DNA of 64,000 nt, taken from a virus (lineage: Duplodnaviria > Caudoviricetes). Location of the stretch: IMG/VR virus record IMGVR_UViG_3300029305_011823; one strand, given 5' to 3'. The position numbers and the translations under genes are program-made. Within the stretch, counting starts at the first letter, position 1. Each line of letters opens with the position of its first letter. A model generated the notes under the pieces. That model ran no database searches. It saw only the letters and a program-made list of their open reading frames with translations, and had not been told where the DNA came from. This document shows positions 21,464 through 30,861 of the stretch, in pieces.

Positions 21464-24400
21464 TTAATCTTCATAGGTAACTTTAACAGAATCATTGATG
21501 TAAATATCAGCATTAGACAGCTTCATATTACCTTTTAACATATTAATATCATCATTATATAATAATTCTATTGTATCATCTTTACCTAATTCAGCACACG
21601 TGTTATATTTATCCTTATCTATTAATTTATCTATACCCTGTTGTGATATAAACGTTAAATCTGTTTCGATTAAATTTAGCTTTAGTTCTTCACGAATTAT
21701 ATTTGAAAGATCCTTAATTACATCTTTGTAATCTAGTAATAGTGAATCGATAGCTTCTTTACCTATTCCTATTGAATAAGCATCTCTAGATTCCCATTTT
21801 TCATAATTATCAATGTTTATTAAAGTCTCATGTTGTAATTTTAATTTAAGTTGACTTATTTTAGTAAATATAACATGCGAATTCCCTATTAAATCTTTAT
21901 ATTCTAATTCTAAACTATCTAATATAGCTAATAAGTTTTTCAATATAAGAGTATGTTTACTAACAAATTTATCTTTATCAGCAATCAGTCTAGTGCTTAA
22001 AGCATTATTTTCTCGTAGATCTATTATGTCATCTATAGATTGATTGTTTATCATTTCCATCATATCTTTATATGATAATACTAACTCATCTTCTACTCCT
22101 AATTGCATCAACAATTGTTCTATTTCATCATACATACCTGCAGAATCAGAAGGTCTTAGTTTTGTTCCCAATCTAGAAGGATCGTAAATTACTAAGTTAT
22201 CTTGCTTATCAAACATAACTGTTGGTCTAAGACTGTCTGCATAGAGTGGATATGACTCTGTAGGATATAATTTTACAAATAATCTTGGGTCATCTATCAT
22301 ATAAATTTTATTAAGCATTCTATTATCGAACATGTATAATATATTTAAAGTTCTTAAGTCTACAGTATACGATTTAAAGAAATTTATTAATCCTAATATC
22401 GCTTGTACTATATTATTATTTGTTCCGTTTATAGTATTTAAATATTCTATTTCCGGTATCAATTCATTTAATTTACCTAAAACGTGTTCTATAAATACTC
22501 CAGTTTTATCCTTATGCATATTATCTATAAAATCTGCTATAACAGGAAGTTTATCATATAAGTACTCTAAGTAAGTATTAGCAACATTCCCATCAGACAT
22601 TGTGAATAATTTAGTAGCATCTTTACGTACAGTAATTACTTTATAAAGTTCTTTATATGCTTTATATTCATTTATATCTGTTGTGGTAGCCACCACATCC
22701 GCACAGAATTCTGCGAAGTTTTTAAAATTATTGAATAAAGTATCTATGTCTTTTACTGAACGTATATCTAATAAATCTAAGTATTTTAATATCTCTTGAT
22801 TTTTAAAAACTCTTTTATATTTACGAATATTTTCTCTTATAAGTTCAAAGTTTGCTTCAAAGTTGAATCCTAATACAGATAATATCTTAGAAGGAGATTC
22901 AACTATTATATTTCCTTTCATACCATTTTTCTTAGCTACCAATGCACAAAGAATCATTACAGAGTCGAATATTGAAACAGGTACAGTTGTAAATCTATCT
23001 AAATCTAAATATAAATAATCAGTACCATATTTCATTGCATCTGAATTAAACACCCTTTCAAGCATTGGAACTGTAGTGTTTTTATGATCAACTAACATAT
23101 TTAAATAATAAACTGTTTCATAAAGCATTTTAGTTAAATTTTGCATAACTGTAACACTTATGTATTTAGTATCTATATAAGTATAGTCTCTACCGAATAA
23201 TTCTTTTTTAAGTTCTTCAGTTTCCCACCAATAAACATCATCTTTTACAACTTCGTCATATGCATATCTATTATATTTAGTTTCTAATGTAGATATAACA
23301 TTTCTTTCCATAATATCAGTTGCTTGGAAGTATACATCGTACATATGTTCATAATCATAAACTGTAACTCTATTATATTCTATTTCTTCTGTTTCAATTA
23401 CATCTTTGTCTACTGCTAATTTAAACTTCTGAAAGTTTTCATTATACATTATAACACTTTGACATATTTGGTTTTTATCTTCTACAGGTGCTGAAACTAT
23501 CACATCATCTATCATAAATATTTTAAACATTTCTCCCGTTACTTCATCTTTCATATAAATAGCTTCGGGTGCATATGGAACTTGACATTCTACAGTAACT
23601 AAATGATTACCTTGAACTGCAAGTTCATAAGTCTTTTTATTATTACTTTTGATATAATATTTTTCAGGTGGTGTATCCCTTATTTCTTCTTTATATAAAA
23701 ATATAGGCTTACCATTTTCATCAAATTTTCTTTCTCTTACTAAAAAGTATTTATATATTCTAACTCTTTCATAGAATAGAGTATTTGCAATATCATATAA
23801 AACTTTATCTGTAGATTTAGAACGTATTAACATATTAACATTCTTAACTATAGTTCTTTGGTAATCTAATGGTAAGTCTTCAAAGAAAGGTACACCATAA
23901 ACATTAAATAATTTTTTTATTGATATTAAATCATAAAAATCTCTATCAATACCCATCTTAATAGTATCAACTACTAACCTCTGAACAGTCATTATCATTA
24001 TATGCATACCCATATAGTTATCATATAAATCATATCTTTCTTTAAAGGCTTTATTATATATAAGTCCCATGAAATACTCTCTAGCAAAGTCATAAGTTTC
24101 AAAGAAAGCACGCATGAATACAGTGTCTAGTTTAATATCTGTAAATATTATATCAAAGTTTCTAGCCTGTCTAGCTCTTACTAAATTTACAGCTTTACTT
24201 CCCATGTGTTGCAAGTATGTTCTTTCTGGATATAATTTAATAAGATTAGGTATCAAATCTCTTTCTAACTTATGCTGTATTTCTTTAGGATAATCATGTA
24301 TAGGTCTTACCTCATCTATTTCGTAATATTTCATTTCTTCTTCAGTTAGGTATATCCATTCTTCCTCTGGAGTATTTATTGAAGGCATACCTATCAATTC

Positions 24401-24760
24401 TCTATAATAGTCATTCATTTCAACGTATTCTCTAATAACAGTTTCTCTCATAGCTTTAAGAACATCTTTTCTTTTTTCACGAGGTATTTTAGTTCTGTCA
24501 GAACTATATTCAGCAAGATCGTTTAAATTACTAATACCTGCTTTAGCTATTACATCCATAGGATACGCTCTATATGAATCGAATGTGTCTTTCTCTAAAT
24601 ATGCGGCTATATAACGGTCTGCTTCACGTTTTATATCAGCAGTCTCATACATATCTGCTTGATAGCTTAACTTTATAATAACGTTATTAACCATAGATCG
24701 TATATCGTTAAGAATAGACTCAACCTGAGATTTATCATTCATTTCCCACATCTCCTTCAT
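21464..24760 (-). CDS. Large hypothetical protein, probably structural (baseplate-like)
   Basis: 1098 aa among late genes; repetitive acidic C-terminus. Confidence 0.6.
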   Translation of the reverse strand: MKEMWEMNDKSQVESILNDIRSMVNNVIIKLSYQADMYETADIKREADRYIAAYLEKDTFDSYRAYPMDVIAKAGISNLNDLAEYSSDRTKIPREKRKDVLKAMRETVIREYVEMNDYYRELIGMPSINTPEEEWIYLTEEEMKYYEIDEVRPIHDYPKEIQHKLERDLIPNLIKLYPERTYLQHMGSKAVNLVRARQARNFDIIFTDIKLDTVFMRAFFETYDFAREYFMGLIYNKAFKERYDLYDNYMGMHIMIMTVQRLVVDTIKMGIDRDFYDLISIKKLFNVYGVPFFEDLPLDYQRTIVKNVNMLIRSKSTDKVLYDIANTLFYERVRIYKYFLVRERKFDENGKPIFLYKEEIRDTPPEKYYIKSNNKKTYELAVQGNHLVTVECQVPYAPEAIYMKDEVTGEMFKIFMIDDVIVSAPVEDKNQICQSVIMYNENFQKFKLAVDKDVIETEEIEYNRVTVYDYEHMYDVYFQATDIMERNVISTLETKYNRYAYDEVVKDDVYWWETEELKKELFGRDYTYIDTKYISVTVMQNLTKMLYETVYYLNMLVDHKNTTVPMLERVFNSDAMKYGTDYLYLDLDRFTTVPVSIFDSVMILCALVAKKNGMKGNIIVESPSKILSVLGFNFEANFELIRENIRKYKRVFKNQEILKYLDLLDIRSVKDIDTLFNNFKNFAEFCADVVATTTDINEYKAYKELYKVITVRKDATKLFTMSDGNVANTYLEYLYDKLPVIADFIDNMHKDKTGVFIEHVLGKLNELIPEIEYLNTINGTNNNIVQAILGLINFFKSYTVDLRTLNILYMFDNRMLNKIYMIDDPRLFVKLYPTESYPLYADSLRPTVMFDKQDNLVIYDPSRLGTKLRPSDSAGMYDEIEQLLMQLGVEDELVLSYKDMMEMINNQSIDDIIDLRENNALSTRLIADKDKFVSKHTLILKNLLAILDSLELEYKDLIGNSHVIFTKISQLKLKLQHETLINIDNYEKWESRDAYSIGIGKEAIDSLLLDYKDVIKDLSNIIREELKLNLIETDLTFISQQGIDKLIDKDKYNTCAELGKDDTIELLYNDDINMLKGNMKLSNADIYINDSVKVTYED

Positions 24761-24827
24761 TTTTCATATTCCAAAACAAATCATTAAGTAATTGTATTAA
24801 AGCTGGTTTTCGAAAGGAAGTGAAACA

Positions 24828-25502
24828 ATGGCTAGTAAAATACCAGGTATAGATGTTAATAAACCTAATTTAAATCCAACTATAGACTCTGAAGATAGTT
24901 TTTATGAATTACCATTCTATAAGGATGCTGACTATATGTTTAGTATAGAAAACGAAGTTGCTTTCATAAATGCAGTGGAAAGAATGGTTAGAACTTCTAA
25001 ATACTATTCAAGATATATAGCTCATTTAAAAGTGGATTTAGGAATGTGTTTTTGTCAGGTAAAAGGAAATATATCTGAAGATGAAGAAACAGGTGTAAAA
25101 GATTTAATAGAGATGCACCATGGTCCAATATTTACATTATTCGATGTTACATCAATAATATTGAATTATATGTTAATTAAAGGAATGAAAATCACTACTT
25201 TCAGTGTAGCTAACAAAGTTATCGAGGAACACTTTAAACATAGGGTTCAAACAGTAATGCTTTGTGAAACAGTTCATCAGCTTGTACATGATAATAAAAT
25301 ATTCTTAAATTACAAACAAGGATTTGGTGATTTATATAGCTTCCTAGAAATATATTGGGAAGGAATGGATAAGACAATGGTGTATAAGATATTAGACTAT
25401 ATAGAAAAATCCGAAAAATATGACAGTAATGATTTTGATAATCTAAAAGTAATTGTTACAAGATGGAAAACAGAACATCCAGAATTCGAGGATGAACTTT
25501 AG
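24828..25502 (+). CDS. HNH-like protein, paralog of 36138..36830
   Basis: EMHHGPIFTLFD...LCETVHQLVH; AACA-N6-TA promoter at 24775..24786. Confidence 0.6.
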   Translation: MASKIPGIDVNKPNLNPTIDSEDSFYELPFYKDADYMFSIENEVAFINAVERMVRTSKYYSRYIAHLKVDLGMCFCQVKGNISEDEETGVKDLIEMHHGPIFTLFDVTSIILNYMLIKGMKITTFSVANKVIEEHFKHRVQTVMLCETVHQLVHDNKIFLNYKQGFGDLYSFLEIYWEGMDKTMVYKILDYIEKSEKYDSNDFDNLKVIVTRWKTEHPEFEDEL

Positions 25503-25511
25503 GAGGTAACC

Positions 25512-25919
25512 ATGATTGTATTTTTATCAGTTTTATTGGGAGTATCTATTATTGGAATCGTATTAGGTGTCTGTTCATATGTTTATTACGATGTTAATAA
25601 TAGAAAACTTAATTTGGAAGAAAATAGAAAAAAAGAAATACGCTCAGAAGAAGAATTAATGGGAATCGTATTTAACGTACTTGAAAGAAAATGGGCTTAT
25701 AGAGTTCAATTCCATTTTAAAATAAAAGAAATAAATGTACCTAAATTTGAGTTTGAATGGAACTATTTATTAGAAGAAACTATAAATGCATTGTCACCGG
25801 ACGTATTGGAAGAATTAAAATATTATTACAAAGATGATGAAACTACAATAAAAGCAGTATCTGAAATGATACAAATATATTTATATAATTATATGCAAAG
25901 TAGAATGATGAAAAGATGA
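25512..25919 (+). CDS. Membrane-anchored hypothetical protein
   Basis: N-terminal transmembrane segment, RBS AGGAGG. Confidence 0.65.
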   Translation: MIVFLSVLLGVSIIGIVLGVCSYVYYDVNNRKLNLEENRKKEIRSEEELMGIVFNVLERKWAYRVQFHFKIKEINVPKFEFEWNYLLEETINALSPDVLEELKYYYKDDETTIKAVSEMIQIYLYNYMQSRMMKR

Positions 25920-26044
25920 TAACCTTATAGGTTATCATCTTTATTTTGATATATGTTAACAGTTTTTGATACCGACTAGTATAGTATCTTCAAACTGGGG
26001 TTTTTACACCCGTACTATCATATCGGGGATTTTACTCCCATACT

Positions 26045-26812
26045 TTATATTAGACTAGTGCATATCGGCACCAAATATTTAAAATAATTATAAGAAATGT
26101 CGATCGAATCAAAGCACGAACTGTCTATGTTATCGAGACCGTATATACTCTTTTCAACGATAATGTTAAGCCTGTACGTAGATTGCACATTCATTTCTCT
26201 ATAATATCGCATGTCTAGTAATTTTGATTTATAACGGTATACAAAATTAGTTACGTAATCTATCAATTTGGATTTATTATCAATCTCCATCAATGTAAAA
26301 TAAGTTTTAAAGAATTCAATCATATAATCTCTATGCTGATCATACACAGAGTCACCTATTCCCTTTATATCTAACTGATTGGAGTTATAATAAAACTCCA
26401 ATTTGTTTAGTTCCATATAACTGGTATAAATATTTTTAGGTATAAATTCAATATTACCGAATTTTCTGATATTACATCTTCTTGAAACAAAAATTGCATC
26501 TTTCTTAATAGCCACAATATCCTCCACATTCAATTTGTTCGTAACAATAAACAATTCACGTGCTTTGATAAAGGCTTCATTTTCCTTCTTACTTATTTGT
26601 TCATCATTTTTCTTAAGTAGACCCATGTGAATATTACGGTCCCTTTTATCCATCTGCTCTAGTTTTTCTAATATCTTTGGATCGATATATCCAAATTCTT
26701 TTGCTAGATTTAATCCGGCAGCTCTAATATCATATTCAATTATTTCACCATTTATTATTTGTCCGATATCATGATTAGTGAAATTATGTCTTTCCCAGAT
26801 TTGTTTAGACAA
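26045..26812 (-). CDS. Small divergent family-B-like DNA polymerase palm domain
   Basis: IIEYDIRAAG (motif A-like) and AIKKDAIFV (motif C-like); only 255 aa. Confidence 0.5.
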   Translation of the reverse strand: MSKQIWERHNFTNHDIGQIINGEIIEYDIRAAGLNLAKEFGYIDPKILEKLEQMDKRDRNIHMGLLKKNDEQISKKENEAFIKARELFIVTNKLNVEDIVAIKKDAIFVSRRCNIRKFGNIEFIPKNIYTSYMELNKLEFYYNSNQLDIKGIGDSVYDQHRDYMIEFFKTYFTLMEIDNKSKLIDYVTNFVYRYKSKLLDMRYYREMNVQSTYRLNIIVEKSIYGLDNIDSSCFDSIDISYNYFKYLVPICTSLI

Positions 26813-26893
26813 TAATATTCACCTCCTGTCTAAAATTTTATTAATTGTTTATATAATAATAAAAAATAAAGGGATAAACACCCTTTAAAAACT

Positions 26894-27019
26894 CTATTTT
26901 CTTTGTGTCCATACTGGTAATTTAGAACCAAGATTTATTCCAAATGGTTTATTTCCAGATACGGATACATTAGATACACATATACCTGTTATTAATATCA
27001 TTACCATTAATCTCTTCAT
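26894..27019 (-). CDS. 41-aa putative secreted peptide precursor (not in the ORF track)
   Basis: AAGGAG RBS; MKRLMVMILITGICVSNVSVSGNKPFGINLGSKLPVWTQRK; followed by a terminator hairpin. Confidence 0.6.
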   Translation of the reverse strand: MKRLMVMILITGICVSNVSVSGNKPFGINLGSKLPVWTQRK

Positions 27020-27055
27020 ATTATCAACTCCTTCATTATTTTTATTATTTTGTTA

Positions 27056-27889
27056 CTATACATTTAAATTATAAGTTAATGTTTCTGGTTTTATTATACC
27101 TTCTTCCATTAATAATTTTATATCATCTCTATATGAAATTGCACATAATCTTTTTGCTAATAATCTTCTAGCTTCTTCTTCATATAAATATAATTCATTA
27201 TTAAATCTTTCATCTAAATATCCTAACTCTCTTAATTTTCTCATTATATCATCTAATCCAAAATCTCTAAGTTTTGTATAATAAGTTATCATTCTAAATT
27301 TATACGCCTCTACAAATGTTGAGTATAATTGTGATCTATAATCTTTCTTTTTATCATTTTGTATCCATGCTTGTCTCATCTTGAAATATTCATCATTAGG
27401 ATCATAATCTTCAAACATATCCATGTTGTATTCATCCCAAGATACTACGTTCATTCCTTCATCACTTCTGAATCTTGAGATTAAACATTTCACAAATACT
27501 TCATACTGTTCTTCACTTAATGTTGTTGTATTATTACCAGCTTTTTGAGTTGAATCAAAGAATGTTGTTGGAACTACTAATACCATATGAGAATTATCCC
27601 AATAATCATTTACTACTGCCACATGTCTATCTTCTCTAAATACACTTCCTATCATATCATCCCAAGCTATATCTGCTTCTCTACCTTTTATCTTCATCCT
27701 ATTAGCTCTCATCTGACTTGCTAATCCTGTAAATAATAAGCAATCATTTAATAGTTCTAAGTTATAATTTTGAATTGTTTTATATTTATCATCTGACTCA
27801 TATAAGAACTTATATTTAAATTTACTATTATCTAATTTCTCAGCAACCATTTCTAATTGATTTGAAGTTATAGCTATACATATACTCAT
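27056..27889 (-). CDS. Hypothetical protein
   Basis: Start moved to MSICI (27889) after AGGAGG; early-type promoter at 27921..27952. Confidence 0.65.
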   Translation of the reverse strand: MSICIAITSNQLEMVAEKLDNSKFKYKFLYESDDKYKTIQNYNLELLNDCLLFTGLASQMRANRMKIKGREADIAWDDMIGSVFREDRHVAVVNDYWDNSHMVLVVPTTFFDSTQKAGNNTTTLSEEQYEVFVKCLISRFRSDEGMNVVSWDEYNMDMFEDYDPNDEYFKMRQAWIQNDKKKDYRSQLYSTFVEAYKFRMITYYTKLRDFGLDDIMRKLRELGYLDERFNNELYLYEEEARRLLAKRLCAISYRDDIKLLMEEGIIKPETLTYNLNV

Positions 27890-27960
27890 ACAAATACCTC
27901 CTAATATTTTATTCATATTTATAATATATAATTGAATTATGATTAAATTACACATGCAGA

Positions 27961-30861
27961 TTATTCTACATGTGTAAGATAATCTAATCTAGTTGTACAT
28001 CCATTCATTGTTAAGATATGGATTTTCATCATTCTATTAGCATATGCTTCTGCTAATCCATGTTTAGCCATATCATACATGAACTCTTTTGTATCTTCAC
28101 ACATGTTATGTTCTTTATCCATTAATTCTACTATTGTTTTCTTAACTATTCCGTCAACATCTTTAATAACTTCTAAAGATAATTTATCTTCAAATTCTTC
28201 TACTAATTTAATTTCTTTTTCTGTTAATCCTAATCTCATATTATCTCTTGTTTTCTTAATATTGTATTTAGCTATACGTCTTTCTGAATAACATATTCCT
28301 TTTGATTTCATACTTAAGATAGCATCTTGCATGTTTGTTATTTCTTCAGGATTATCCATGTTAACTAACATGTCATATCTTTGTTCTATTGTGATTACTT
28401 TATATTGAACTCTATTAAATATTTCTGGTTCAAATGTGTCTATATTACTATGCTTATTAACTAATCTAGCTTTTATTCTAGGTTTTATTAATCTTGGATG
28501 ACTTATACAACCTTCTTCTTTAACCATTGAACCGTTATATTTGAATATATCAAATACACTATCTGGTAATATACTATTATATTCCATATAATATTTATTT
28601 AAGATATATTCTTTGATGTCAGTTATTCCTGTGAAATCAGAAGTTTGTATTATGTTTAAGATATTTAATTCTGTATTAGACATTATAGCTTCTAAATCAT
28701 AATAATAAACTATCTTGTTGTCTTGTAACATATCTTCTAATCTATATCCGTTATCTATTAATTCGTCTTTTAATTCAGCTTTAGCTTCTCTTAATAGTTT
28801 TGTCATATGTTCACTTTCTTCTGCAACTGTTAAATAATAATTTGGATCATCTATATCAACATCTTTATTATCTGGTTTCATTAGTTCATAATATTTATCT
28901 AAAGCTTTGTAATAGTTGTTTAATTCATTACCTAGGTTCATTATAACGTTAGGTCTAGCTGGTTTCATATCATCTTCGAATCTGTTTATAATTTGAGCAA
29001 CTACTGGATTTCTGTTTTCAACTGTTCCATATAAATCTTCTGGAATTCTAACTTCTTCATCTATTCTATAAATTGCTTGGAACTCTGATTCAACTTGATC
29101 CATATCATAATCAAATTTGATTAATAGGTGTCTGTATAATGGGAATGCAAATTCACTTGCTTTCCAACCACCTAATATATTCTTAGCATTTACTCTAGGA
29201 CTATAATCTAAATCTATAAAATCACCATTTAGATATGTTCTATATACATCACCTGTTGTATATTCTTCTTCATCTAATACTGTAGGATATCTTGAAGTTA
29301 TTAATTTTGTTAAAGCATCTTCTAAATCATTATATTTTTCTTCAAGTTCTTTTTCTGCTTCATATATTAAATAATCAGCATCTAATTTTTCTTTTTCTTC
29401 TTGTGCTTTTTGTTCTTCAGCTTTTTCTTCAGCTACTAATTTATCATTTATATTTAATAAGTTCATTATATGATCTAATGAGAATTCACTACTCATGTTA
29501 TCTAATTCAGGATCTTCTGCATTAAACATGTTTGTGAAATCATTTGAGAAATCAGCACTGAAGAAATCATCTAAAGATGTTTCTATTACTTCGTTTTCAC
29601 CATTTTGAGATTGTCTATCTATTATCTTTAATTCTGATTCATATCCTCTTACAGAGAATTCACCAAACTCATCATAACAATCTGGAAGATCTTCAACTTC
29701 TTCTTTCTCTTGACTCTCTTCAAACTCTCCTTTTAGTTCTTCATATATTTTATTATATCTAGCATTAGCAAACTTATTGAAATCTTTTATATGACTATCA
29801 ACATTGTACATATTCATTTCTAAAGATGCTAATACGAATGGATATAACATTTCGTCATACTCATCTTTTTCATTTATTATTTCATCTTTAAGTTCATAAT
29901 AATCATCTATAGTTATTCTATCAGCTTTAATCATTTCAGTTATATTGAAGAACATATCTCTTGCTTTATTTATTTTATTATCTATGTCTTCTGGCATTTT
30001 AAATTCTTCTTTCTTTTCTTCCTCTATCTCAACTTTCTCTAATACATCTACATTTATTGTACCATTTTCATCAAATTTGATATATCTATCATTCTCAAGA
30101 TTTTTATTTATGTTCTTTATTATCTCACCATATCCAAATGTATTTCTTAAAGTTGTATATTTAACTTTATTATTGCACTCAGTTTTTGTACATTTTAATT
30201 CTGAATAATCTGATGTATATTCTAATGAACTTCCACATATAGGACATCTTGCAACTTCTTTCCATTCATCGTTTGCTAATTGATATAAATACCCATAATC
30301 TAGAACTACTATATCACCATTCATTCTTTTACCCCAGTTTCCGTAGTTCTTTTCACTTGTCCCCATATCTCCTAAGATATAGAATTTTCTTTCATCATCT
30401 ACTAAAGATTGATCTTCTGCTAATGTACTTAATATTCTTTTTATATAAAATTGACTATCTAAGAATTCTTCTTTATCCATAACTGTAACATATTCACTAA
30501 CTAATATTATTCCATTAGTTTCATATGCTTGAGCTAAATATTTACTTTTATATTTAGCTTGTGCTAATTCATTCATATTATCTATAAATGCTAAATAGTT
30601 ATAAGCTACTTTAATTATATGGTTATCAAGAAGACAAACAAATCTGTTTGTCCCCTCACCAATTCTTCTGTAATCTTTTCTACCTCCAAACTCTTCTGTA
30701 AATATTTTGTCAAATCTTATTGTCTTTTCAACTATACTAATATAATCATTTGAATATATATCATAAACTTTTCTCATAAATTCTTCTGAGAAATTCTTTT
30801 TGATTAAACTTTCAATTTTAACCTCATCAACTTTAACTATTTTTGTTTTCATATATATCAT
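27961..30861 (-). CDS. Protein-kinase-like domain + Zn ribbon + long acidic tail
   Basis: Gly loop IGEGTNR, IIKVA lysine, DNMNE, GDM..GNWG catalytic loop, VLDYG; CPIC...CTKTEC; the true start may be the ATG at 30852. Confidence 0.75.
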   Translation of the reverse strand: MIYMKTKIVKVDEVKIESLIKKNFSEEFMRKVYDIYSNDYISIVEKTIRFDKIFTEEFGGRKDYRRIGEGTNRFVCLLDNHIIKVAYNYLAFIDNMNELAQAKYKSKYLAQAYETNGIILVSEYVTVMDKEEFLDSQFYIKRILSTLAEDQSLVDDERKFYILGDMGTSEKNYGNWGKRMNGDIVVLDYGYLYQLANDEWKEVARCPICGSSLEYTSDYSELKCTKTECNNKVKYTTLRNTFGYGEIIKNINKNLENDRYIKFDENGTINVDVLEKVEIEEEKKEEFKMPEDIDNKINKARDMFFNITEMIKADRITIDDYYELKDEIINEKDEYDEMLYPFVLASLEMNMYNVDSHIKDFNKFANARYNKIYEELKGEFEESQEKEEVEDLPDCYDEFGEFSVRGYESELKIIDRQSQNGENEVIETSLDDFFSADFSNDFTNMFNAEDPELDNMSSEFSLDHIMNLLNINDKLVAEEKAEEQKAQEEKEKLDADYLIYEAEKELEEKYNDLEDALTKLITSRYPTVLDEEEYTTGDVYRTYLNGDFIDLDYSPRVNAKNILGGWKASEFAFPLYRHLLIKFDYDMDQVESEFQAIYRIDEEVRIPEDLYGTVENRNPVVAQIINRFEDDMKPARPNVIMNLGNELNNYYKALDKYYELMKPDNKDVDIDDPNYYLTVAEESEHMTKLLREAKAELKDELIDNGYRLEDMLQDNKIVYYYDLEAIMSNTELNILNIIQTSDFTGITDIKEYILNKYYMEYNSILPDSVFDIFKYNGSMVKEEGCISHPRLIKPRIKARLVNKHSNIDTFEPEIFNRVQYKVITIEQRYDMLVNMDNPEEITNMQDAILSMKSKGICYSERRIAKYNIKKTRDNMRLGLTEKEIKLVEEFEDKLSLEVIKDVDGIVKKTIVELMDKEHNMCEDTKEFMYDMAKHGLAEAYANRMMKIHILTMNGCTTRLDYLTHVE

